From assembly GCA_964584335.1 (NCBI GenBank), contig CAZOZN010000001.1, positions 1-52,621 on the forward strand: a stretch of 52,621 nt of DNA, written 5' to 3'. Position numbers and translations under genes: made by a program. This stretch comes from an uncultured archaeon. Its GTDB lineage: Archaea; Aenigmatarchaeota; Aenigmatarchaeia; PWEA01; JAGHBM01. The notes under the pieces are model-generated. The model did no database searches, was not told where the DNA came from, and saw only the letters and a program-made list of their open reading frames with translations. This document shows, piece by piece, positions 27,001 through 32,605 of the stretch; position 1 is the stretch's first letter, and the number at the start of each line of letters is the position of its first letter.

Positions 27001-28881
27001 AATTATCAGAACTGCCCAAGTGATTGTCCTTCTGATAAAAAACAGCTGCAATTTTCAAAGGACTTGATAGAGATAACCCTAAGCCCTGGCGAGTATCAGG
27101 CTTACCCGCTTGGTGTTACAAACAACCTTAATGAGGATATATTGGCAGAGCTTGAAGTCGAGGGCAAGATATGGGAGTTCAGTATGTTTTCTGAAACAAG
27201 CTTGAATATAAGCGCAGGCATGACCGGATTTACCGACGTTAAATTTTACACTCTTTCAAGCACCCCGCTTGGAACTTATACAGGAAACATAGTGGTACGT
27301 TACGAAGACTATATGAACAAGATACCTGTAAAGTTAAATGTAATCAAAAAAGAGAAATCTATGCTTGACATAAATGCTGAGACAATAGTTCCCAAGTTGT
27401 TCGAGAGCAGGGTACCTACTTTCAAGATAGATGTATACGTCCTTGGAGAAGCAAACGAAGTCGAGGTTCTAATTAACTATACTATAGAGAAGTCCGAGGT
27501 TAGAAAACTTGTTTTAAAGGAGGGGGAGAAAGTTTCAGTTGACAGGAAATTGACTTATACAAAGTCTTTCAATCTTCCCGAGGAGATGGAAGAGGGAAGA
27601 TACCTGTTGGAAATAGAAGGTTCTTACAAGAATAACACCGCTTCAGCAATAACAAGCTTTGAAATAGGCAGCAAACCTCTTGTGTTTACAATATTTTACA
27701 ACATAGCAACCAGTCTTTGGACCTATGTTGTGGTAATTATTGTTGTTTTCGGATATCTCGGTTTCAGGTACTACAAGAAATACAAGAAAAAGAAAAGGGC
27801 GGAGAGCAAGTATCCTTTCCCACTGGACTTTGGAAAGCTTCCTCTTGGAGTTAAAATAGGAAAGGTTGCTGAGACAAAGGTTAGTGCAAGGTGGGACTTG
27901 AATAAATTGACCCAGCACATGATAGTTGCGGGAGGAACAGGTTCCGGCAAGACCGTTGGCGCAATGGTAATGGCTGAAGAAGCATTAAAGAAAGGAATAC
28001 CTGTCATAGTCTTTGACCCGACTGCACAGTGGACAGGATTCGTTAGGCCTTGCAGGGATGACGATATGCTAAAGCTTTATGATGGCTTTGGAATAAAGAG
28101 AGAGGAGGCAACAGCCTTCAAGGGAAATATAATAGATGTTACAGACCCGAGCATGGATATAGATGTGAAAAATTACGCCAACAAGGGAGAGATAACTGTA
28201 TTTTCGCTTAGCAAGATGACTCCTTCACAGTTGGACAGTTTTGTTGTAAAGACCGTGAACTCCATATTCAAAATACCTTGGGAGGAATCAAGGAAACTAA
28301 AGCTTTTGATAGTTTATGACGAGGTACACAGGCTTCTTCCTAAGTACGGTGGAAAAGACGGCTACAAGGCTCTTGAAAGAGGTGTGAGAGAGTTCAGAAA
28401 ATGGGGTATAGGTCTTATAATGCTTTCACAGGTTATAAGCGATTTCAGGGAGACAGTCAGAGCTGTAATATCTTCCGAAGCACAACTTAGAACCAAGTAT
28501 TCAAAGGATATAGAGAGAGTAGAGAAGAAATACGGTGAAAGGTTTGCAAAGACTCTTCCCAAGCTTGAGATAGGAACTGCTCTTGTACAGAACCCCGAGT
28601 TTAACAAAGGTGATCCGTGGTTTGTGAGATTCAGGCCTTTGTTGCATGATACTTCAAGGATATCTGAATCAGAGCTGCAGAAATACAAAGAGTTTGAGAA
28701 TAGAATTTCAAGGATGGAAAAGGAAGTTGAAGAGTTAAAGAAGAAGAAAATAAATACTTATGATGTAGAATTGGAGCTTAAATTGGCAAAAGAAAAGGTT
28801 AAACAGACTCAATTTAGAATGGCAGAAACTTATATACAATCATTAGAAAATAGAATTAAGAACTTAAAGAAGATGAGGTGA
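15010..28881 (+). CDS. Giant (4623 aa) cell-surface protein with C-terminal TM helix and cytoplasmic HerA/VirB4/FtsK-like (DUF87-type) ATPase
   Basis: Signal peptide; Cys/Asp/Gly-rich repeats (about aa 30-635); long Asn/Thr/Ser-rich beta-sandwich region; second Cys-rich segment with CGNGVCEIGENYQNCPSDC; TM LWTYVVVIIVVFGYLGF plus a poly-Lys stop-transfer; QHMIVAGGTGSGKT, VIVFDP, LLIVYDEVHRL, REFRKWGIGLIMLSQ; terminal coiled coil. Confidence 0.92.
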   Translation: MNTSLNTKIFFILLIFSMVFSFNSVYVNAGQCNNCTTFDIRFTLYDSSGSQVTTFTNSSLFIEDDAPSCSDNSLDNYTGTWPGIYDNSNYCDMEGWWNVSLRSLVGDCERRANTGGSIICDSLPADYEYSSQFQAYEVGWDNKTGWCTCHGDSWFTGYSGSDPEAPCCGDDTGENWCFGQGNNTHCLNGVTYTDGADEDEESCECWLNGNIANDLCSAASEGQSCYSRSATISDSYAPCCGDDGATDDWCFGSNDNEYCLNGGYYNRNVNSDERSCLCYLNDDFTLDSDDCDSNGESDCWDGTGCCEGGTDEWCDGTDGACVQGTWWNNDNSNQETCNCVDGESYSRQTCQNLGSGTSDCWDSEASGGSGLCCRLSNDDFCDGGGDNSYCLSGTWYDLQPDSDESACLCSLNNNYGSSDDCDSDGEECWDSSADSGNGECCGDGTSDNWCSGSGYQGCLNGVFRTDGDYDSNICDCGGSGSGPCDVANEDGCWNSGGTGQNKCCGDDAGSDNFCVGSGACHSGVYRTEADDYSTVCNCTVGQDLWNNTSNPPEYESGTPSCCGDDPSENKIEQTCGGDDCSTWPSYWACCSDANDCSYRNQTTTEVQCFDYDTFHDPDEDGENEICINGAWEDGDYPKYSSVEETPSGPITYSYLDSYQFNITWNDTTNVDTVFLEHNFTGSSTPHNDEPPYVVVDASGHQKEYYFDVSGLAAGNYVYRWIANDTLDNWNNSFSQVVYTVSKDTPSINLYIDGVSSNKVINWTVTSGIKANETNWIDTDLTYNLYRNNGLVDSNSADSEYTEITDSTQLSNDTYVFVYNTSGGENWTSQTTSLTLKVHKLWNQTDSVLAGSLYKPDLDELESPIAKDVKTRIQDDSFVTVAGGSAYSVIPIEITNNATDIGSIIPTTFTNIDVSIPTPSGWTGDRTNWVVGSLADTEANETNATFHNDTGIITKSEDSWIADNSTEQNITYQKILKRLYGDNNDNVVSYDNVNYTTTCKSGYACNTTTGLISVSSSSPWEVWIGAENSSQIITTTRASKYQAPEYYQNITIDETDAQVTFFNLTGWSTGFDDSNVTSEYIRYWDGDSWYSLSTGPLRGDCNTGSPTYTATTGTPNGTFYVCMQDTGGKGGVGDYWKFKVPHTSEWIIQVGGTSLTPPRWSALQYDSNVDVNDSSTVIRINVTDDVQVDKVWIRENSSGSFANYTMNLEDGDDTDGLYNHTMTFNSIGNVGFEIFMNDTSDNINSTSSYLEVQDISITEDFDQNVNPSDTVYVYGNVKTIPDNNDVSEDVYIYRDGTQVSQCTPSSGFYNCSIAAPATLGAYTIKVNVTDSNGIYNSNQSTLYVETLTVDELNVNYVTNSYYNYSQEINITGHVKNDRTGSDSLANVTWYVPNSLYSGTAESDSSGNFEVTFNNDLCPDTWTFRINQSDVNDTGNVFNDEQNETTFDVYNRILVEPVYSPSSGGIVDRHTGGAHDSEIFWNMTNIQLDCGDSVVPDSVEIDWKSTNQYMGSETNGSFDVPNNTALAAGNDYIYATVYKSGFYHNYTNTTNDYEVYGVLDKSSSLYSISPSGTVIVNWSPAPFDPGPTIILQSVTIYNKQGVELTENQHYTSGLSVSSAVAYNAADNLTTEVIIVGNSSSCNSINCYTGDFNFTKWYMVHGKFDSVWVDWNVTGGKIDRFSPSIYGGPEVGYSDYNATDNKGILIPQSNYSIEQHDDWDASDNAPGDVITPELRFVSCSGSSCYWDNIEVPSKPNTTSYTVYGNLTKVKLILPQNETEIYTCCIEPRDRTLVANLTNDTGGLHKGASMTFHMTDGSFQGSDEGNGTYTYVYDPIDTLQVGMHEWKAEANQTYYHDSGNSSSLYIWIRGVFINSTTHIENSSITRGTDNYLEARLTDENGQGIDEAGYECEWYIDSTNIGNTTTNSSGYCNITWNPDYNSITVGRHNLTVRRSVKEEVTPVNVFGWSEVKEISPPNRTEVLLGQNVPITCRVGDYNDSSDLSDYRVYFYQKPEGGSYSSFGGAKYTNSSGIAMANWDTGLDTAGVYYFKCNISESYVDESNGIFYNRSHEFENTTNITSKASLWISDTIVDNMTVYRDDGYATGKGYSYRVNLTAQAKQGTNPSNGAEIHFYTPDGIMNCTTGASGYCSYIYNPSGGVFPYNYTVPVNATKAPWQPTTNFDIELEIRGVIWLDNYTISPQDIGVNYDSTEISTDVFTDLAVDEVWAVIGLPGGSSENISLNPQTGYWAVNYTPSSSGLHNVTLYVNDTSDFGNTSFAGYFKAWASTTGRLSQEPQDNQFRTTQTDGADFILNLTLYNTGNGTMMDADAYNQSNPSWPMANITSWKNQEISVNSSHTSRWNVSIPAATTPGDYIITGIGNWSNPDYSLDSETNTTTVTILENPIMNMTYETYSKRMNHSTEEYIGNFLFNSTGNFHLDEIYYNNVSGNISNDWIEFTSGGSTNYIGSISPGSYANVTINATVPQCLPPGIYRSTFVVNATNSTQFCVSPEDSWGYLNITLNISEDWTWNRVPNSFAGGDVNTSGAETIGYINVTNSGNLNITFDLTKHGNISSLLAMPSSFVVEGNYSVYNLPLNYSIPADQSVGFYEGFVSISNSSADPDYPQNTTVNFTVWDNLEPLIANASISKDEVQANIEYLNISADVVDNTDDTDKVWAIIENTYYNYNNTIELYNIAGNNYSRGYTATQGGEHEVTIYANDTSGNTNQTYAGNFSCIGQVTVSNNQLPQQVTADNISSDNPYNFTINVTLNNTQAGTVSDVNLTLVSIPSGYNINATNYTCGDLNQGDLCYREFEVSVTKDASPNTGFDDEIIINSTWINPDFSEGAKFNLTKVHVESNRELTLDKNYIENDLNHSVSEIAGNFTVYASGNGNIYGVQISESGGNLPSAWISYNPSSNLGNVDKDSPQLVEVYLDIPSGQDPGVYWTNVTVNATLTSCSPSDECWEFLILNITVPEDKSWDSYPEGNPGIYELNLSIPSQTSGTYNITLNNTGNVDRNWTITSNWNGAEGPANIDNYPEWQNVSKVSSEIITFDYDATGTSEGLYVLDLTFSNNTAIPTSRIVTVNMNVSDEHPKIYNQSVSPSYVDMNYETVNIYADLTDNVELDMSWYNVTKPDNSKERVFVDTNINWNESTMDETYTPNQSGSYQIKICVNDSASRVNCTDSLSFTSVGTTSIDLLKRISGSEITSPVVVNGITQTNGENFWVNITLNNTGQGGAYWPNLTISLPSGWSTNPASPRIYDNITEGENNTEQIRINIPSGTGSGIYDVDLTAQWTQPNNNRGQRVEDEEQGIQVNVTTNPILKIEESSLSINTAPELSNQTYFTLNSTGNDDINNIDFECMGSTCSEIFDGFTPNSLSQLVAGNETNVTVDISVPSGFSPGSYELLLNASGDEDMDDINLTVTVAVDWRWNRTPTSFSRTVETNSTPNYLGDIEIENMGNIPIKFGLSKHGNVSDQIILNVSEITVGSLSTGAVKVQYNTSYVNEDFYGVISVTNSSASPAEFNTSVTLNVVELVTDILYPNQTSRMIGVVANDTIESHANVTYDEDLIDENVTWEIKLDNYDCLNVSWNYDGYWNVTCVAPDIPDAHNYTLQLIGNYTTMPGGTWGETSDSEAGVINYLDVTPPKFKNFTAPSVQVSQQVNVQANISDNTNVENATLEIEHPNGTKKNYTMTYTGSLWEFNFSETQKKGDYDYNLYANDNEQNKNYTVGGWFEVYQELVLSCGVKNSTGSGIESRLKFYRNDAPKTNNYKIHDFSAPSGSLSQNVHNRTYDISVEMVKGSVNDSVTFDDTAIEHTSVKNITKDEISSDYINLEDVEYELRGIGLNTTFEFSRATVCINYDGFTYDSQDDIRIYKCNDWDFDSKTCNSSSWTELNTTVDKNSHIACSNTTSFSGFFAAQKSDCSYAGGSCSVDGDCCSGFRCCGGQCHVIADCPYCCEDVCSMTECESSGDGPGGGSGTGTGTGTGTNETAAECGNGVCEIGENYQNCPSDCPSDKKQLQFSKDLIEITLSPGEYQAYPLGVTNNLNEDILAELEVEGKIWEFSMFSETSLNISAGMTGFTDVKFYTLSSTPLGTYTGNIVVRYEDYMNKIPVKLNVIKKEKSMLDINAETIVPKLFESRVPTFKIDVYVLGEANEVEVLINYTIEKSEVRKLVLKEGEKVSVDRKLTYTKSFNLPEEMEEGRYLLEIEGSYKNNTASAITSFEIGSKPLVFTIFYNIATSLWTYVVVIIVVFGYLGFRYYKKYKKKKRAESKYPFPLDFGKLPLGVKIGKVAETKVSARWDLNKLTQHMIVAGGTGSGKTVGAMVMAEEALKKGIPVIVFDPTAQWTGFVRPCRDDDMLKLYDGFGIKREEATAFKGNIIDVTDPSMDIDVKNYANKGEITVFSLSKMTPSQLDSFVVKTVNSIFKIPWEESRKLKLLIVYDEVHRLLPKYGGKDGYKALERGVREFRKWGIGLIMLSQVISDFRETVRAVISSEAQLRTKYSKDIERVEKKYGERFAKTLPKLEIGTALVQNPEFNKGDPWFVRFRPLLHDTSRISESELQKYKEFENRISRMEKEVEELKKKKINTYDVELELKLAKEKVKQTQFRMAETYIQSLENRIKNLKKMR
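15508..16800 (+). repeat. Protein-level CCGDD Cys-rich repeat array (about 8 units) in the giant protein
   Basis: PCCGDDTGENWC, PCCGDDGATDDWC, GCCEGGTDEWC, LCCRLSNDDFC, ECCGDGTSDNWC, KCCGDDAGSDNFC, SCCGDDPSEN, ACCSDANDC. Confidence 0.85.
21570..25590 (+). repeat. Three diverged super-repeats of about 450 aa in the giant protein (boundaries approximate)
   Basis: Motifs recur in the same order: (ISPQDIGVNY/ISKDEVQANI/VSPSYVDMNY), (NLTLYNTGNG/NVTLNNTQAG/NITLNNTGQG), (WSNPD/WINPD/WTQPN), (NSTGN/YASGN/NSTGN), (EDWTW/EDKSW/VDWRW). Confidence 0.7.
26905..26952 (+). repeat. Gly/Thr low-complexity linker GPGGGSGTGTGTGTGT
   Basis: Degenerate GGNACN hexamers, in frame. Confidence 0.85.
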
Positions 28882-28887
28882 TCCCCA

Positions 28888-30459
28888 TTGGAGGATAATA
28901 ATAAAGATGAAGTAAAAATGAAGAAAGAACAGGAAGAAAAACCTGTAGGTGAAATTTTAAGAGAGGAAGGAGTCATAAAGGACGAGGAACCAAGTTCTTC
29001 TGTGACAGATGTAGATGAAAAGACTTCTGACAATATGGATTTTAACAAAGTATTAATGAACATAGAGAAGATAGGAGCAGTTATAAACACACTAAAAGAT
29101 ATGGATTCTGAAAAAGAAGAAAGAATAAATGAACTTGCAGAGAATATTGGGGAGATAAGGTCACTTCATTTTCAAAAGGATGCTTTGATAAGGGAGACAG
29201 CATCTAAGCTTGGAAAGCTTGAAGAAATTGTAGAGGATATAAATCCAAGAAGAATTTTAAAGAAACTCGAAGAAAAAGAAAAGGAAATACAGGAGAACAG
29301 CGCAAAAATCGAGAAATCTGAAGTAGTAGATAAGGATTTATCAGAAAGGATAATTAAGCTGGAGGAGATATTGAACGAGGTAAAAAGTATAGAGAATTTG
29401 ATGAACATTGTCAAGAAACTGAAGAAAAAGGTTTCAGAACTCAAGGACCTCGAATCTTCTACCAAGAGAAATGCCGCAAAGGCGGAAAAATTTTATTTAG
29501 AAATAGGAGAAAGGATGGAGGAGTTTGACAGCATAAAGGAAAAAACTAGAAAGATAGACGAGCTAACTAAGGAACTTTTGAGATCCATAGACGAAAACAG
29601 GATAGAACTTAATTCTAAGTTGAGCAAGAAAGATTTGGACAGTATTCTTGAGGACAGGCTTAAGATACCTGAAACAAAGAAAGACGAAAGCGTGCAGGAG
29701 TTGGAAAACAAGAGATTTGAGATAGCCAATCTCCTTGAAAGCCTTGAGAAACAAAGAGAGGAAAATCTTATATCTGAAAAGTCATACCAGGAAATTCTGG
29801 AGAAAAACAGGCTTTTGCTTTCTGAAATAGACAAAGACTTGAATAAGATGAAGGAGTTAAAGGAGCCTAAGAATCTCACGGAATGGTTGAACGCCACCAG
29901 TGATAAAATGAAGAGACTTGAAAACATAATAAAGATAAATGAAGTTAAGAGAAAAGATTTTGAAAGGAGGTTTGAGGACTTCATATATCAGATAGAAAGT
30001 ATAAGAAGCACTCACAGGTACAGGAGGAAGGAAGAAATTAGGGAGCCTGATTTAGAGGAAAAGGAACCAGAGATAGATGTAGATAAGCTAAAGAGAAAGA
30101 GAGAGGAAGTCAACAATCTTCTTAACCATATAGAGAATGAATTCAGGGAAGGAAAAATAACCGAAAAGGCCTACAATGAAATAAAAACGAAAAACTTGGA
30201 TGTATTGGAAGACATAGATGAGAAGATGAGTGTTGCAGGAGGCTCTCCCAGAGAATATGGGAGTTCTTCTCCAGAGGCTAAAAAGATAAGGGAACTTGAA
30301 AGAAAACTTTATTTTTATAAGGGCTCAAAAAAGGAAGATTTGAAACATTTATTAAAGCTGGCTAAGGAGAAAGACAAGCAAGGTTATAAACTAGTTTCTA
30401 GAAAGTATATTGATAAATTGGAAAACAAATTAAAGCCTGGTTTATATGAAATCGACTAA
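28888..30459 (+). CDS. Long cytoplasmic coiled-coil protein with two E-x-[RE]-E-[GN]-x-I-[ST]-E-K-x-Y motifs
   Basis: E/K/L-rich heptads, no TM, no Walker motif. TTG start 6 nt after the giant gene; alternative ATG 28918. Confidence 0.8.
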   Translation: MEDNNKDEVKMKKEQEEKPVGEILREEGVIKDEEPSSSVTDVDEKTSDNMDFNKVLMNIEKIGAVINTLKDMDSEKEERINELAENIGEIRSLHFQKDALIRETASKLGKLEEIVEDINPRRILKKLEEKEKEIQENSAKIEKSEVVDKDLSERIIKLEEILNEVKSIENLMNIVKKLKKKVSELKDLESSTKRNAAKAEKFYLEIGERMEEFDSIKEKTRKIDELTKELLRSIDENRIELNSKLSKKDLDSILEDRLKIPETKKDESVQELENKRFEIANLLESLEKQREENLISEKSYQEILEKNRLLLSEIDKDLNKMKELKEPKNLTEWLNATSDKMKRLENIIKINEVKRKDFERRFEDFIYQIESIRSTHRYRRKEEIREPDLEEKEPEIDVDKLKRKREEVNNLLNHIENEFREGKITEKAYNEIKTKNLDVLEDIDEKMSVAGGSPREYGSSSPEAKKIRELERKLYFYKGSKKEDLKHLLKLAKEKDKQGYKLVSRKYIDKLENKLKPGLYEID

Positions 30460-30742
30460 AGCTTTCTTTAAAGCAGTTAATGAAATAATAAGCTCCAATG
30501 TAGTGATAATGGAGAATATTTTAAAAAGAATTAAGGACAAAGAAAGACTTGAGAAAGACATGAATGAAAGGCTGGGTGTTTTGGAAAGAAAAATTAAAAT
30601 GAAGTCCAATGATCTAGAAAATGTAAAAGAGGAAATGTCTGAAATAGAAAAGAAAATAAAGTCTCTTGAAGATTTGGAAAATGAACTTTCAAAGGTTGTC
30701 GCTAACCTTGACTTAAAACTTGATGAGAGAGGAAAAAGATGA
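30446..30742 (+). CDS. Small coiled-coil protein
   Basis: Heptad pattern; overlaps both neighbours. Confidence 0.7.
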   Translation: MKSTKAFFKAVNEIISSNVVIMENILKRIKDKERLEKDMNERLGVLERKIKMKSNDLENVKEEMSEIEKKIKSLEDLENELSKVVANLDLKLDERGKR

Positions 30743-31821
30743 AATTGGTTAAATTTTTTTGCCTTGTGTTTATTATATTCATATTTAGCTTTAATTTGTC
30801 TTTTGCTGCAGAGGAAAAATCTGTATTGGAGATAACTAACCACAGCAAAGAAGTAGAGATAGAGAAAGGGTGGACAAGTTATGCAAATGTAGGGATAAAA
30901 AACAGTGGAGAGGAAACCCTTTATGATATAGAAATAAAGATAAAGGGTATAGATGAAGAATGGGCAAAAATACCAGAAAAGATAGAATCTTTATCGCCGG
31001 GTAAAAGAGACAATTTTACAATAAAAATAACCGCGCCTTCCACGTCAGAATCAGACAATTATAATTCTACTTTTTTTGTATCTTCCGGTGCATTTAGCGA
31101 CGAGGAAAATTTTGTTTTGAGGATTTTTTCTTCAAAGAAAGAACAGGTGCACCTAAAAATACAGTCTCTTGTTGATGAAATGGAAAACATAGAGAGAGAA
31201 TTGGAAGAGGCGAGAAAAAATGGAAAAAGTGTTAAGAATGTCGAATATAAAATAGAAGAGATAAGGTCAGAAATATTAATAGCTAATGAATATCTTGACA
31301 GAAAGGTCTATGATAATGCAGAATATAGGATAGAACTTATAAAAGAATTATTGGATGAAGCAAGAGAGGAACTCGAAAAATCAAAAAAAGGAATTTCAAC
31401 TAATTTGCTAAATCCGTATTTGATATTGCCTTTGGCTTTTTTAATAATTTTTATTTTTTATGCCAGGAAGAAAAAAGTTAAGTTAAGGGATTTACATCTC
31501 GGCAGGATTAAACCTTTTTTTTCTAAGCTTTCAAATTTTTCAATAATTAAGAAAATTTCTTTGCGAAGACCTAATATGAGTGCTTTGAAGAGAATACCAA
31601 TTAAGATTAAGGGTTTCATAAGTTCGAGAAAAAAAGAGAAAAAGAGAACCGAACTTACAAAATTAAGAAGCAGCATAACTAAAAAATCGGAGCCAATAAA
31701 AGAAAACAAGGAAAGGGATAGAAAATCTATCGCTATGGATTTATTGGAGAGAGAATACAGGGAAGGTCTTATTTCTAAGGAGAGTTACGAAGAGATGAAA
31801 GGTTTAAGAAGGGATAGATAA
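30739..31821 (+). CDS. Single-pass membrane protein: signal peptide, Ig-like (NEW3/CARDB-like) domain, helical bundle, TM, basic cytoplasmic tail
   Basis: IKNSGEETLYDI..IESLSPG..FTIKITAP; TM PYLILPLAFLIIFIFYA followed by RKKK; terminal LEREYREGLISKESYEEM. Confidence 0.8.
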   Translation: MKLVKFFCLVFIIFIFSFNLSFAAEEKSVLEITNHSKEVEIEKGWTSYANVGIKNSGEETLYDIEIKIKGIDEEWAKIPEKIESLSPGKRDNFTIKITAPSTSESDNYNSTFFVSSGAFSDEENFVLRIFSSKKEQVHLKIQSLVDEMENIERELEEARKNGKSVKNVEYKIEEIRSEILIANEYLDRKVYDNAEYRIELIKELLDEAREELEKSKKGISTNLLNPYLILPLAFLIIFIFYARKKKVKLRDLHLGRIKPFFSKLSNFSIIKKISLRRPNMSALKRIPIKIKGFISSRKKEKKRTELTKLRSSITKKSEPIKENKERDRKSIAMDLLEREYREGLISKESYEEMKGLRRDR

Positions 31822-32570
31822 TGTCCAGAATTATATCTATATTTTCAGGAAAGGGCGGCGTAGGAAAAACTACTATAGCATCAAATCTCGCCGCTGCACT
31901 TTCTTCAAAGTTCAACAAGTCTGTAATACTGGTTGACTGCAATATAACTACATCTCATCTTGGAATGCATCTTGGCTTGTATGAACATCCCGTAAACTTG
32001 AATCATGTACTAAGAGGAGAGGCAGATGTTAATGATGCCATATACAAACACTTGGATAACATGAAAATAGTACCGGCTTCTTTGTCTTTAAGGGACATGA
32101 ATGGTGTGGATGTTTCAAGGCTGAAGAGTGTGATAGACAGGTTAGACGGGAAGGCAGATTTTATTCTTCTTGATACTGCTCCAGGTCTTGGAAGAGAAGC
32201 TGTTTCTGTTTTAAATGCGAGCAAGGAGGTTTTGTTTGTTTCAAGGCTTTTCATGCCTTCGGTTTCAGACCTAATAAAATGCAGAGAGGCCGTTAAAGAT
32301 TTGGGTACTATACCACTGGGAATTGTTTTGAATATGAGTACGGGGAGAGACGAACTAAACAAAAGTGATATAGAAGATTTGATGGATTTGCCTGTAATTG
32401 GAAACATACCCCAGAACAAAAACATATCAAAGAGCCTGGTAGCGAAAAAACCTGTTGTTGTCTACAACCCAAATTGTAGCGTCAGCAAGGAGTTCTACAA
32501 AATCGCTGGAAAAATAACAGGCGAATACCGCAAATTTGGCATTCTGGATAAATTTAGAAATGTTTTTTAG
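31821..32570 (+). CDS. minD: MinD/ParA-family ATPase (archaeal MinD-like)
   Basis: Deviant Walker A GKGGVGKTT, LVDCN, LLDTAPG, GIVLN; C-terminal amphipathic FGILDKFRNVF. TAATG stop/start overlap. Confidence 0.85.
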   Translation: MSRIISIFSGKGGVGKTTIASNLAAALSSKFNKSVILVDCNITTSHLGMHLGLYEHPVNLNHVLRGEADVNDAIYKHLDNMKIVPASLSLRDMNGVDVSRLKSVIDRLDGKADFILLDTAPGLGREAVSVLNASKEVLFVSRLFMPSVSDLIKCREAVKDLGTIPLGIVLNMSTGRDELNKSDIEDLMDLPVIGNIPQNKNISKSLVAKKPVVVYNPNCSVSKEFYKIAGKITGEYRKFGILDKFRNVF

Positions 32571-32605
32571 TCAAACTTTATATTCTTTCCTTGTTAATTT
32601 TTTTT

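Noticed and set aside
15326-28688. Many 60-210 aa alternative-frame and antisense ORFs inside the giant gene
   Set aside because: Expected shadows of a long, more GC-rich coding region; none has recognisable motifs.
28888-30459. SMC/Rad50 annotation, or a HerA-NurA-Mre11-Rad50 repair operon
   Set aside because: The coiled-coil protein has no Walker A/B, signature or hook motif. No NurA or Mre11 is adjacent. The HerA-like domain is membrane-fused and has no HAS barrel.
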